From a bacterium UBP6_UBA1209 (GTDB lineage: Bacteria > UBP6 > UBA1177): a stretch of DNA of 60,287 bases. Below the pieces are notes generated by a model that saw nothing but the letters and a program-made list of their open reading frames with translations, searched no databases and had not been told where the DNA came from. The position numbers were made by a program, and so were the translations under genes. The stretch is from the NCBI GenBank assembly GCA_002309575.1, contig DBXP01000044.1, positions 1-60,287 of the forward strand, given 5' to 3'. This document shows, one piece after another, positions 9,001-15,661 of this stretch; position 1 is the stretch's first letter; every line of letters begins with the position of its first letter.

Positions 9001-10453
9001 AAGTCAGTTTGGTTACTTTATTATTTCCTTTCTTGATGACGGTGTTCTTCGGTATTACGACATAAATACCGTTGTCGATGTAGTGCGAAATATCCTTTGA
9101 CATATCTGAAACATCGATCGTTCCGGTGATTGTCGCGAGAAGATAGAGGAAGTTGGAGGAATCTTCCGAGATCATTATCGGGTCGCCTCCTGCCGCGAGC
9201 ATGATCGGGTCGCCGCCTTCGTCGTTCCCCGCCATTATCGGATCTCCTCCCATGATTGGATCGCCGCCGCCGTAAACAAGTTTTGCGCGGACGATGTATT
9301 CGCCCGGATTTACTGAAGAAATTTTATGAATCGTATTTACTGCAGTCTGGTTCATAGCCGTCCAGAGGATCCTGAATCCGGGAGCCGCCTTCGTGCTTCC
9401 GCCTTCGATGGAAAGGGGGACCTCGTTGTTCGCCGGGTTGTTGGGGTCGATAACCACTTCATGCCTGTCTGCCGAAATTTTGAAGCCTTTGAAGAATTTC
9501 TGGAACTCGCGGTTTTCGCTCTTTTTGACATCAGCAGCGATCTTTTGCGCGAGTATCTGCGGATCATTTATATTAAGGTATGAAGAGAGGAGGTTGAGTC
9601 CGTTTTTTATGCCTGAAAGCTTTGTGTAATCAAGCTCGCCGAGCCATTCTCCTGTTCCGAGTTTTGCGTAAGCTCTGACTTTTGTCTCGCTTTTGCGGAT
9701 GTCGGAGCAGTTTTCATCAACGAGATATGCCGCGTTCGTGATCTCTGAAATATTCGCGACGTGGTCACTCATTCCCTTGAAACAGCTTGCGAAATCATTT
9801 GCCTTGACGCAGTAGCTCTTTGTTGCAGAAATGTCTGCGGTGAAGGAGTATTTTCCGGAGTTATCTGTGGTTGCCGAAGCGATCCTGGTCGTCCCGCTGC
9901 ATTCAAAAAGAGCGACTTCGATGCCTGAAACGCTGCCGGCGATTTGGTAGAGACCTGAGATCCTGTGGTTTTCCGTCACTTCGGGAGTGTCGTTATCAGG
10001 AGTCTCCGGAGTATCGCTATCGGGTGTCGGGACTTCGGTGTCAGCGTCTTCGTCGTTCTGATGAACTAGGTTATCAGAGTCGTTAGGATCGGTAGGGATG
10101 TCGGAATCCTCGTCTGGTTTTTCAGTGTTTCCGGGGTCTTTGATGCAGATGTTGTGATCTTTGTCACAGATCAGCCCTTCGTTGCAGGTCTTGTTCGGAT
10201 AGCACTCGCCGTAAAGCTCGCCCTGCTTTTTGCCGGGCTCCGAATCTTCGTCCGGTGTCGTTGGCTTGTCCGTGTCTTTGTCCGGTCTCTCCTCGTCCGG
10301 CGTCACGGTGTTTTCCGTGTCTTTGTCCGAAGTGGTAGTCTGCGTGGAGTCTTCGTCCGGGTAGTTGTAGACGTTCTCCTCTTTGCTGCCGCCGCAGGAG
10401 AGGGTGAAAGCCAATGCACAGAAAAGTGCAAAAACAACAAGAAATCTCTTCAT
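98..10453 (-). CDS. Giant multidomain surface lipoprotein (3451 aa): ZU5-like domain, GDPIM repeats, Cys/Trp repeats, EGF-like units and seven DUF1566/Lcl C-terminal-like domains
   Basis: Signal peptide with lipobox (AFTLS-C), RBS GGAGG upstream and an acidic Pro/Thr/Asp linker. Myxobacterial-type CGNGIIDSGEECE and CGDGVIDPSEICD repeats. Repeated TGLMWQ...W..A..YC...WRLP...EL...CVR motifs typical of DUF1566. C-terminal beta-sandwich (GTHTLIFQYKKDGS). Confidence 0.9.
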   Translation of the reverse strand: MKRFLVVFALFCALAFTLSCGGSKEENVYNYPDEDSTQTTTSDKDTENTVTPDEERPDKDTDKPTTPDEDSEPGKKQGELYGECYPNKTCNEGLICDKDHNICIKDPGNTEKPDEDSDIPTDPNDSDNLVHQNDEDADTEVPTPDSDTPETPDNDTPEVTENHRISGLYQIAGSVSGIEVALFECSGTTRIASATTDNSGKYSFTADISATKSYCVKANDFASCFKGMSDHVANISEITNAAYLVDENCSDIRKSETKVRAYAKLGTGEWLGELDYTKLSGIKNGLNLLSSYLNINDPQILAQKIAADVKKSENREFQKFFKGFKISADRHEVVIDPNNPANNEVPLSIEGGSTKAAPGFRILWTAMNQTAVNTIHKISSVNPGEYIVRAKLVYGGGDPIMGGDPIMAGNDEGGDPIMLAAGGDPIMISEDSSNFLYLLATITGTIDVSDMSKDISHYIDNGIYVVIPKNTVIKKGNNKVTKLTYSILSSGDGSQVSKIEFGPEGTTFDVDSLYFVYELGTVFGGDPIMLSATRSNSDGTSEVLQSAGGDPIMLEAGGDPIMFSAGGDPIMQIARSAGGDPIMQSAGGDPIMLSSGGDPIMYTAGGDPIMITSGGDPIMLGDPIMSGDPIMLGTSSSVMVAKTGHFSGFLLNSRSLPVSVSDLIGKWCSSYYYQDYSPLKFIRLGIETFKEEGEDKTDLLSYFDTASECAKLYELESDLYELFNKQIGFQRNINLIENLYYVSEFYNRMLAKRANGDVAAAKNGLELRSAIATLFTSTDAYNRSSTLSDMFDSSKIPMTYSGSTPADYSADAQKAVTGLNTIDSRYVLTKKDVMIFANYILTSSNGPGFSSVSSPLSPDKFVCAWFDPDTAPQNCNKVYTLNNAGRVALNGSEISLAEAEQIFAKFFMPMNSRLSEAEKFNLFRTYYLVLKYVGTIFGNDANVSGLNDKLLETAYRVFDGINKNKNAVSIVDTFDASAHTVQVLEDGSMKTTPYLNKLSALTDKISLKVAAPADVEKVLIKIEGHDYEKVFDNASFYYRPGETLMEKPIVLAPGELAEGLKPLKELLGSENVDELGDITGKMTVIVNSKVSGKTYSTQKTYEFLINEDNEGVESKPVPSDLSVFLADASGNPLQAASNPGIILNPGSRVLYPDEEGLINIENLAPAAYTINAFAEGYYTKTTNVYVPENSTLSVEIRLDEEISSSAGATLKVKVRINTAKHPDKVYISIYDENIDLVTKGEAVFAGGGYVDADFEIPSGRYTLLATGEEMYNYMEDITVYGGENTREITVVAMNACGNGIIDSGEECEAAGEIQAVRCGDIYPASMTPDNMTSCDPATCVYDRTNCGKRDLCGDGVIDPSEICDTKSRNCSDIPGFENARGVAPCDDCRKWVTEGNCTRTTESCGAKPANAVWNDGIGKFTQTHAGGTNWTPGDMEANYGLTASECLFSCLKGYKWNGNNCVEHPLSLGNICTGEIFCFNGTSELEECPAYGADFFGQDPQYAAAGFCTQKSLTPGTLDGNQIIVDDFTRLRWIRSASNAAMNWSDANDYCSHLNDTQSGSGMIWRLPAPEELLTIVNADEASPALDGSFNTNGGYSFWASQDARNNGNAWMLGENGELASVAKSAENFVLCVSKNQYDAPANRFETAAATVTDKESSLMWQREYVSSRTWREALSYCEEIETDNKYDWRLPNRNELASLIDFQKTSGAASALEGLPAHKFWTSTTSANAAGEAWTVDFATGSVVSAAKSEPKYVVCVRNTGECFGNDCADPCGMDPCGNIENSNGSCSVADGSFVCGCKQGFNWDHAKCMLTTTRYTACTGLPDNAHWNTVFGISQTLASNGNWKPSEVGKYNETPSSTECRFACNTNYYWDHDNEECVAETRVYTCQNKPENSEWNMGGYNKISQTWNGETEAFEPSERPVFSESSCRDRCCFTCQYNHDWNEEDYKCKPQTKEDVECTGLIDNAEWWYGRDKVDQEWKASTNRWVPTSEGIFRSDVAADEIGCFFKCSEHYNWNQGTETCSAEVKYNVDCVIPSQYEHAVISGTDAINQTWHPEAGEHGEFLPSNIATYSETAISGTCTFKCATHYNWNGQNCIPETKKHIHCTSNPLENAEWVVEYVDQVWNGQMFEPTEHESYFVEDAPNDNACAYKCKENYHRDGLQCKADQNYGVSCGNPPEHSEWWPNSDTVTQTWNGHYWYPPTDATFSLHVPESGTNGCFFKCSEHYAWNERTTSCEPETRTANCQIPSHAVSSGAATITQTWDPEAGDHGEYLPSNFATYSPTQNNDGCHFKCDATHFWDSEAEECTSPCDAADPCGEHSTGCTASSLTEYKCGCENGYFWSLGDKRCKSPLSIGNICTGQSKCYDIFNEMECPETGDFAGQDAQYRDKCTPQNFTVQTISGQEVVFDNNTGLMWQRTPSGETYSWEGAKTYCNNSYAGYTNWRLPTPHELISIVDYDIFNPALDANYFPNIPISDGQAMLWTNKEYPEDPNLAFALLPYFGRIYAGSKNDTSWSYAICVRGNERPRANLSSIITINAEDVVKDTTTGLMWQKEYAEEKTWMEALEYCENLTYAEYSDWRLPNTHELTSLLNFDKSSAPYSDFPDIPTTFFWSSSSYSRSLAWGTDFGRNNNDQVIPVNFKSKDSYGGIINNTYSVMCVRTDIICGENEFWDGTSCIPNPCDADSCDSSEHLICTPQSSDSYLCECEKGYFRKDSKCERYTHLGNICTGQKKCYDNDAEIPCPEEGEDFFGQDAQYRDKCAPRNFTVQTLEGRNVVLDNNTGLMWQQNPPNGTYTWDEARTYCSHLKNYAGYSDWRLPSPPEFLSIADIRSYPAFDKNYFPDILDQNIKFWTNMVESTSNSLRTYALCFSTDWMSSFYDKMTSDRIRVMCVRGDGLASSSFTQQEIDDKIVITDSATGLMWQKEQTTALTWQQSLEYCENSDYAGFTDWRVPNRNELASLFNPDKSTKPYSDFPDISNYDYSIQDYWSSSTRSSSDSSEYSSVINFGSFFNDFTSKNPPLDLLQYISVICVRSTINPCEPNPCGEHSTKECTALSFTQYECGCENGYFWNGTACVKPCDPNLCENDENSDGVCTTTSATTYSCGCNSGYVWKDSLCQTRTGWSFEDAGEDTSSGYISSVNNSASYHWSRMTASENGGIGAKRGSYAMCSDNYNVTSSTAEMRITVNMPKAAALSFYIKGTGENNDNTDWDTFNLYVDGTDNANLKLTSKGVNYNSGTTGWSNWTKQNISLTAGTHTLIFQYKKDGSNNKGTDRFCIDYLEYIDLPECSSSSGTPCFDSTTSFIWVYPRNNIADWEEREQMDKIWQDAFDYCENYSEGGFNDWHLPTIGELRTLIQNCPGVKTGGSCGVTDSSLSFQSLNNYEDCTCNDYDNPLEYNKLGDHFGNSLWSSSTVEDIEDEQWPWYMNLWLGYVNINYNSQGDEIDGSFYCVR
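8561..8884 (-). repeat. Intragenic peptide repeat array, 11 x (G)GDPIM
   Basis: Translation shows 9 GGDPIM and 2 GDPIM units; synonymous codons vary between copies. Confidence 0.95.
9173..9268 (-). repeat. Intragenic peptide repeat array, 4 x GGDPIM
   Basis: GGDPIMGGDPIMAGNDEGGDPIMLAAGGDPIM in the translation. Confidence 0.95.
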
Positions 10454-10491
10454 TTTAAACCTCCGGTTTTAGGTTCGCTCCGGCGCAAACC

Positions 10492-10536
10492 TTAGGGAAT
10501 TTAAGGAAGTTAGGAAGCCTAAGGTGTTTAGGGGGC
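10492..10536. repeat. Degenerate 9-bp tandem repeat (5 units)
   Basis: TTAGGGAAT TTAAGGAAG TTAGGAAGC CTAAGGTGT TTAGGGGGC. Confidence 0.55.
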
Positions 10537-10560
10537 GGCGCGAAAAAACAGCGAAAAAAC

Positions 10561-10588
10561 TTGACTTGGATTTTGGATTAGATATAAT
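10561..10588 (+). promoter_or_regulatory. Putative sigma70-like promoter, antisense to the giant gene leader
   Basis: TTGACT-N16-TATAAT; no substantial ORF downstream on the + strand. Confidence 0.45.
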
Positions 10589-10597
10589 TAAACATCT

Positions 10598-10639
10598 ATT
10601 TCTGATTTCTGATTTCTGATTTCTGATTTCTGATTTCTG
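10598..10639. repeat. Simple sequence repeat (ATTTCTG)6
   Basis: Six perfect heptamer copies, 145-186 bp upstream of the giant gene start. Confidence 0.97.
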
Positions 10640-10691
10640 ATAATTCTGTCCATTCCTCTGGAATCTCCGCTCGAAAAATCAAAAGCGGTCT

Positions 10692-10719
10692 ATTCTATGG
10701 GAGGTGATAAAAATTGCAA
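10692..10719 (-). promoter_or_regulatory. Putative promoter of the giant lipoprotein gene
   Basis: TTGCAA-N16-TAGAAT on the - strand. Confidence 0.45.
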
Positions 10720-10772
10720 ATAAATACGAATGATTTCCGAAATACCGCCGGAGGGCTTGCCGGGAAGCGGGT

Positions 10773-12512
10773 TTAAGCCGGTCTTCCCTTCATCTCCAGG
10801 AGTTTTTTCAGACTGCTGCTGCGCTCGTTTTCGTTAGTTATTGATTTTTCGACAGCTTTTGCGGAGGCGTATATCGAAACGCTCTTTTTGGCTCTTGTGA
10901 CGGCAGTGTAGAGGATCTCTTTGGTCAGCATCGCCGAGGAGTTGAGGTCATCCGGCAGGAAGATCAGCACGGATATGAATTCGCTACCCTGACTTTTGTG
11001 GATCGTCATCGCATAGACGGTCTCGACTGCCCCGAGTTCGGAAATGGCAAAACCTTCGTCGCTGTGTCCTTGAAAGTAGGCTCTTTTCGTGCCGTTGCGT
11101 TCGAGAATGACGCCGCAGTCGCCGTTAAAAAGCCCGGTGCCGTAGTTGTTTTTCGTGACCATGACAGGGCGTCCGTTGTACCACGGATCCTTAGCCGCAT
11201 CGATCCCGAAAGCTTTCTCTGCCAGCTTGTTGATATCGGCAACGCTTTCGTTTGTTGTCGTGAGGATCTTGAAGCTGCCCAGCTTTTTGAGGATCCCGGC
11301 GGGAGAGTCGTCTTCAAAGAGAAACCCGTATTTTTCTTTAATAGTTTTAGTAAATTCTATTTCTCTATCCGACGGCTTGTGATCAGTGGCGATGTTCTTG
11401 AACAAGTCTGCATCGGCGGCTTTGACCGCCTCCGCGATTTCCTTGATAGCCGGGTCAAAGCGGTAAGACACGGTAAGTTCGGCGATATTCTTTTTGAAAA
11501 CGGTCGATTTCGAGGCGCAGATATCCGAAAGAACGTTGCCGACTGCCACGCTCGCCAGCTGATCCTTGTCTCCCAGAAGTATCAGCGAACTATTCCCGTC
11601 GATTGCGTCGAGAAGGGCGTTCATCATGGAGATGTCGACCATGCTGGCTTCGTCAACGATGATAAGGTCGGCAGACAACTTGTTGTTTTTGTTGAATAAA
11701 AATTCGCCGTGGCTCCAACCCAAAAGGCGGTGGAGAGAACATCCTTCAAGAGTGCCGGCCAGATCGAGGGTATCGTCGGATATCGGTTGCCCTGGCATTT
11801 TCCGCACGTTCGAGATGCAATTTTTGAGAGACTCGTTCATCCTCGAAGCCGCCTTTCCGGTGGGGGCTGCAAGAAGGATCTTCGCTTCAGGCTTGATCGA
11901 AAGCAGCGCAAGTATGATCTTTGAAATGATCGTCGTCTTTCCGGTGCCGGGCCCGCCTGTGATAATGGTCATCCTGTTTTTGACCGACAGCTCCGCCGCC
12001 CTTTTCTGCTCTTCGGAATCGCTGTCGAACAAGGTGTCGAAAACACTTGAAAATTTGTCAAATTCTGCTGAATGGGCGCTGCTTTCGGATGCGATGCGGC
12101 AAAGCTTTTCGGCAAGTATGTTTTCGTAATGCCAGTATTTGTAGAAGTAGTACCGGTCCATAAAAAAGACGATCGGCTTGAACTCATTGAAGGGATCAGT
12201 TGTGTATAAATCGGTGAATTTATTGAGCTCCTGGAAATCCTCCCATGCCGGCAGCAGAGAATCCGTGTCGAAAGAGAGCAAAAGATCTTTTGAGTAGTCT
12301 TTCAGCCCCTCCTTGAAGCGCTCGTAGGCCTGTTTTGTAAGACATGAGCTTCCCGCGCCGGCCTGCTGCGAAACAAGCGCCGCCAGAAGTTCAAGGTTCT
12401 CCCGGCTGCCGGGATCGCTGACATTAGTCTCTCCCGACAGGTATCCGGCGATCTGCAGATCTGTGGCCGAGATGACCCTTTTTTCATACAATTCTTTGAT
12501 TATACTAGCCAT
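10773..12512 (-). CDS. recD: Exodeoxyribonuclease V subunit alpha (RecD helicase)
   Basis: ITGGPGTGKTT Walker A, AAPTGKAA, IVDEASMVD, LGDKDQLASV, YAMTIHKSQGSEF and LYTAVTRA. ATG at 12512 overlaps the recB stop. Confidence 0.93.
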   Translation of the reverse strand: MASIIKELYEKRVISATDLQIAGYLSGETNVSDPGSRENLELLAALVSQQAGAGSSCLTKQAYERFKEGLKDYSKDLLLSFDTDSLLPAWEDFQELNKFTDLYTTDPFNEFKPIVFFMDRYYFYKYWHYENILAEKLCRIASESSAHSAEFDKFSSVFDTLFDSDSEEQKRAAELSVKNRMTIITGGPGTGKTTIISKIILALLSIKPEAKILLAAPTGKAASRMNESLKNCISNVRKMPGQPISDDTLDLAGTLEGCSLHRLLGWSHGEFLFNKNNKLSADLIIVDEASMVDISMMNALLDAIDGNSSLILLGDKDQLASVAVGNVLSDICASKSTVFKKNIAELTVSYRFDPAIKEIAEAVKAADADLFKNIATDHKPSDREIEFTKTIKEKYGFLFEDDSPAGILKKLGSFKILTTTNESVADINKLAEKAFGIDAAKDPWYNGRPVMVTKNNYGTGLFNGDCGVILERNGTKRAYFQGHSDEGFAISELGAVETVYAMTIHKSQGSEFISVLIFLPDDLNSSAMLTKEILYTAVTRAKKSVSIYASAKAVEKSITNENERSSSLKKLLEMKGRPA

Positions 12513-15500
12513 TTTCCTCTTTTTTGCTGCCTGCAAGAAGTCTCTGTATCGCCTTTATAGTTGCATGTTGCGGCCGGTACCGGTAGAGACCGGTCTCGCT
12601 TCCCGGCGAGTCGCTGACTCCGCGCAGAAAGATGTAGACGACCTCTCCGAAACTCTTTTCGTAGCTGTAGTCCGGATCCGCCTTTGAAAGGTATAGGTCA
12701 AGCGCGGCGAGGTAGAGGAAAAACTGAAGGAAATAGTTGTGGTTTTTCATCTCCGCTTCAAGTCCTTCCCTAGCGTAGTTGTCAAGCAAGTTGCCGGAAT
12801 CGTTGGACTTTGAGTCCAGATTGTTGGATTTCCAGTCAACAAGGTAGTATTTGCCGCCGGCCCTCAGAACAAGGTCGATGTAGCCTACGACGAAGCCATC
12901 GATCGAGTTTTTCAGGGGGGCGAGCTCCAGTTTTTCATTCTGCCGGATGATCGAGCAGAGCTTTGCGAGGTCCGCGCCTTCGACTCTGCAGTAAAATTCA
13001 CACTCCGAAAGGGTATCCCGTTCGCGGTTCAGCTGAGAGAGGGAAAAACCTCCGAAAACAGGCTTTTCGCATACGGTCTTCACGTTCGCCCTGACTGAAT
13101 CGAAAAGGGCGTCAAGGTCTTCACGGTTTTTAAAGATGGCGGGGTTTTTGTTCAGAAGCTCTCCGACAACGCGGTCTCTCTCTTCGTCGGATGCTCCGAA
13201 ATCGATTTTTTCAAAGATCGAGTGAAGCAGTGTCCCGGCATCGCGGCCGCTCGGGAAAATGAGCGTAACTGCCTCATTTGATTTGGTGTTTTTACTGTGC
13301 GGCTCATCCTTCCGCTCCTCCTGGTTTTTATCGTCGTCTGCCACGAAGGAGGATGTGCTTTCGTCCTTTTCGGCTGAGCTGGAGGCGCTGATCCCGGTGA
13401 AGCTGGAGATGCTCCGGCAGGGTACCCTTCTTCCCAGCTGCTCCTCTTCCCAGTCGAGAGTGAAGCTGCCGGATGGCGGGAGAGGAGTCGCCTGCGACAC
13501 TGTTCTGTAACGGATCGTCCCTTCGGACTGGTCGCAGAATCTCTTTATTTCATCCGATTTTACGATCTCATTGAGAAGAGTCTGCCTGCCGCGTGACGCG
13601 GTTTTTTGAAAGTAGAGCAGGGTGAGGAATTTGGCCCTTGTCGTGAGGACGTAGAGCAGCCGCATGTTTTCCGCGAGATCCTCCTTTTTGACGGCAGCCG
13701 AGACCTCGTTCGGCGACAAAGAGAGGTACTGACCGAAGTCTTCTTCGCTGTGGTAAAGCGCGAAACGGTCACTGCCGGTGCTTCCGGAAGTCATTATGTC
13801 AGGAGAAAAAACGATATTAAATTCAAGACCTTTGCTTGTGTGAAGAGTCAGGATCTTTACGGAGTCGCTGCTGTCGTTGTCAAGGCGCGAATCCTCGTCT
13901 TCATCCTCTGACACCCCGCCGGAGCAGAGCCTTTTGTGCAGATATCCGGCGACATCCTCGATAGGAGCGCGGTTTGTCGTCTCGTATCGGTTCAGAAGTT
14001 CGACGAGCTGACCGAGGTTGGTCAGTTTCTGGCGCTCCCCGCGGGCAAGCCTGTCTGAGATGTGGTCAGCACGGATGAGTTCCGAAAAGGCGGAAAAGAG
14101 CCCGTGCTCCCTCCAGTTTTCGCAAAAATCGTTGAAATCCCTGTTGGTCCCGGCATCGTCAGATGAGGATGCGCGGAAGATCGTGAGCTCTACGGCCTTT
14201 CTCTTTCTTCTGTCGTCGGGGTTTGCCGCCGCATCGAGAAGGATAAGGAGATCCTTCGCCTCGACCGTGTCGAAGATCACCTTTTTGCTTCTCAGGACAG
14301 AGGGGATCCCGTATTTTCCGAGCTCGTTTTTTATCTTTTCGGCGCTCTTGTTCGCCCGCACGATCACTGCGAAATCCGAATATTTTACCTGCCGCTCTGC
14401 GCCCTCTTCGATGATCCTGCACGGGGAATCCGGCCTGACCATCTCGCGGATCCTCGAGATCATGTCGGCAAAGATGGTTTTTTCCGCCTCTTTTTTTGTC
14501 AGAGACTTGCCGTTTTCCGGAGTGACGTCGCAGATCTCAATGCCGTATTCATCGCCGTTTTCCAGAACTAATTTGTCGGTCTTGTTGTGGTCTACAGACT
14601 GATATTCGAGCTGGCTTATCTGAAAGACGCCCTGCGGCGCGAAGAGCCGGTTTACCGCCTCGACTGCCTTTGCCGAGGAGCGGTAGTTTACGCCCATCTT
14701 GTATTTTTTCAGATCACGCTGGTTTTTCGAGACCTTGAGGTATGCATAAATGTCGGCATTACGGAAGGAGTATATCGACTGCTTGAGGTCGCCGATATAA
14801 AAGACTGTGTGGCCGGGATCATCGAAAAGACGGCTGAAAATTTCAGTCTGCACTGGATCTGTGTCCTGAAATTCATCAATGAAAACAAGCTTGTATTTTT
14901 CTCTGACTGCTTTTGCAAGAGCCTCTGCCGAGCCATCGTTTTTTGTCAGAGTTTCGTAAAGGATCGCGATCTGGTCGTCGAAACCGAGAAGCCCTCCTGA
15001 GCGGTAGCTTTGTACGGTTTTGTCAATAAATTCAAAGAAGTGTCTGAAAAAGAGCTCGGAAGCGTCCGGAGTCTCCGTCTGCCCGGAAGTCCTTAGTTTC
15101 AAAAGCGGATTCGCGAGATGCCTTTTTGCGATTTTTGTGAGCTCATCCACATTGAACCAATCCTTTTTAAATAGATCCGGGTAGTTGTTTGCGCTGTTTC
15201 TGAAAAAGTCTATCACGGCGCGCCGGGCGATCTCAGCGGAATCTCCCGTTTTTTCAAGATCGAAACTGCAGCCCGATTCGAAGGCGAAATCTTTGATCAT
15301 CTTCGAGCAGAAGCTGTGGATCGTCGATACCGATACCCTGTCGAAGTTGTCGATCGCCCTCTTCAGCCGCTCCGCCGCCCCGCTGTTTCCATTTTCTTTT
15401 TGAATATTTGCGAGCTTTTCTTTCAGGGACTTCAGGATCCTCTCGTTCAGCTCCTCTGTCGCCGCTTTTGTGAAGGTCACGACAAGGATCTTGTCGACGG

Positions 15501-15642
15501 GTACGCCTTCTCCTTCGATGACAGCCCTGGTGAAAAGTGCGGCGATGGAGTAGGTCTTGCCTGTCCCGGCGCTGGCTTCAACTAAATTTTTCCCTGAAAT
15601 TTCAACGGTTTCGACGTCAAAATCCTTAAAAATCTCCGACAT
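12505..15642 (-). CDS. recB: Exodeoxyribonuclease V subunit beta (RecB helicase-nuclease)
   Basis: VEASAGTGKTY, VVTFTKAATEEL, TIHSFC, IDEFQDTD, IGDLKQSIYSFRNAD and TLHTSKGLEF. C-terminal nuclease motif GYIDLV...YLVDWKSN...Q..Y. Confidence 0.93.
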   Translation of the reverse strand: MSEIFKDFDVETVEISGKNLVEASAGTGKTYSIAALFTRAVIEGEGVPVDKILVVTFTKAATEELNERILKSLKEKLANIQKENGNSGAAERLKRAIDNFDRVSVSTIHSFCSKMIKDFAFESGCSFDLEKTGDSAEIARRAVIDFFRNSANNYPDLFKKDWFNVDELTKIAKRHLANPLLKLRTSGQTETPDASELFFRHFFEFIDKTVQSYRSGGLLGFDDQIAILYETLTKNDGSAEALAKAVREKYKLVFIDEFQDTDPVQTEIFSRLFDDPGHTVFYIGDLKQSIYSFRNADIYAYLKVSKNQRDLKKYKMGVNYRSSAKAVEAVNRLFAPQGVFQISQLEYQSVDHNKTDKLVLENGDEYGIEICDVTPENGKSLTKKEAEKTIFADMISRIREMVRPDSPCRIIEEGAERQVKYSDFAVIVRANKSAEKIKNELGKYGIPSVLRSKKVIFDTVEAKDLLILLDAAANPDDRRKRKAVELTIFRASSSDDAGTNRDFNDFCENWREHGLFSAFSELIRADHISDRLARGERQKLTNLGQLVELLNRYETTNRAPIEDVAGYLHKRLCSGGVSEDEDEDSRLDNDSSDSVKILTLHTSKGLEFNIVFSPDIMTSGSTGSDRFALYHSEEDFGQYLSLSPNEVSAAVKKEDLAENMRLLYVLTTRAKFLTLLYFQKTASRGRQTLLNEIVKSDEIKRFCDQSEGTIRYRTVSQATPLPPSGSFTLDWEEEQLGRRVPCRSISSFTGISASSSAEKDESTSSFVADDDKNQEERKDEPHSKNTKSNEAVTLIFPSGRDAGTLLHSIFEKIDFGASDEERDRVVGELLNKNPAIFKNREDLDALFDSVRANVKTVCEKPVFGGFSLSQLNRERDTLSECEFYCRVEGADLAKLCSIIRQNEKLELAPLKNSIDGFVVGYIDLVLRAGGKYYLVDWKSNNLDSKSNDSGNLLDNYAREGLEAEMKNHNYFLQFFLYLAALDLYLSKADPDYSYEKSFGEVVYIFLRGVSDSPGSETGLYRYRPQHATIKAIQRLLAGSKKEENG

Positions 15643-15661
15643 GACACTCCGTAGCAAGGGT

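Noticed and set aside
10714-10776. 20-codon TTG ORF after a GGAGGTG Shine-Dalgarno-like sequence on the + strand
   Set aside because: Very short with no recognisable features, and the SD-like string is the spacer of the opposite-strand promoter. It cannot be supported without ribosome profiling.
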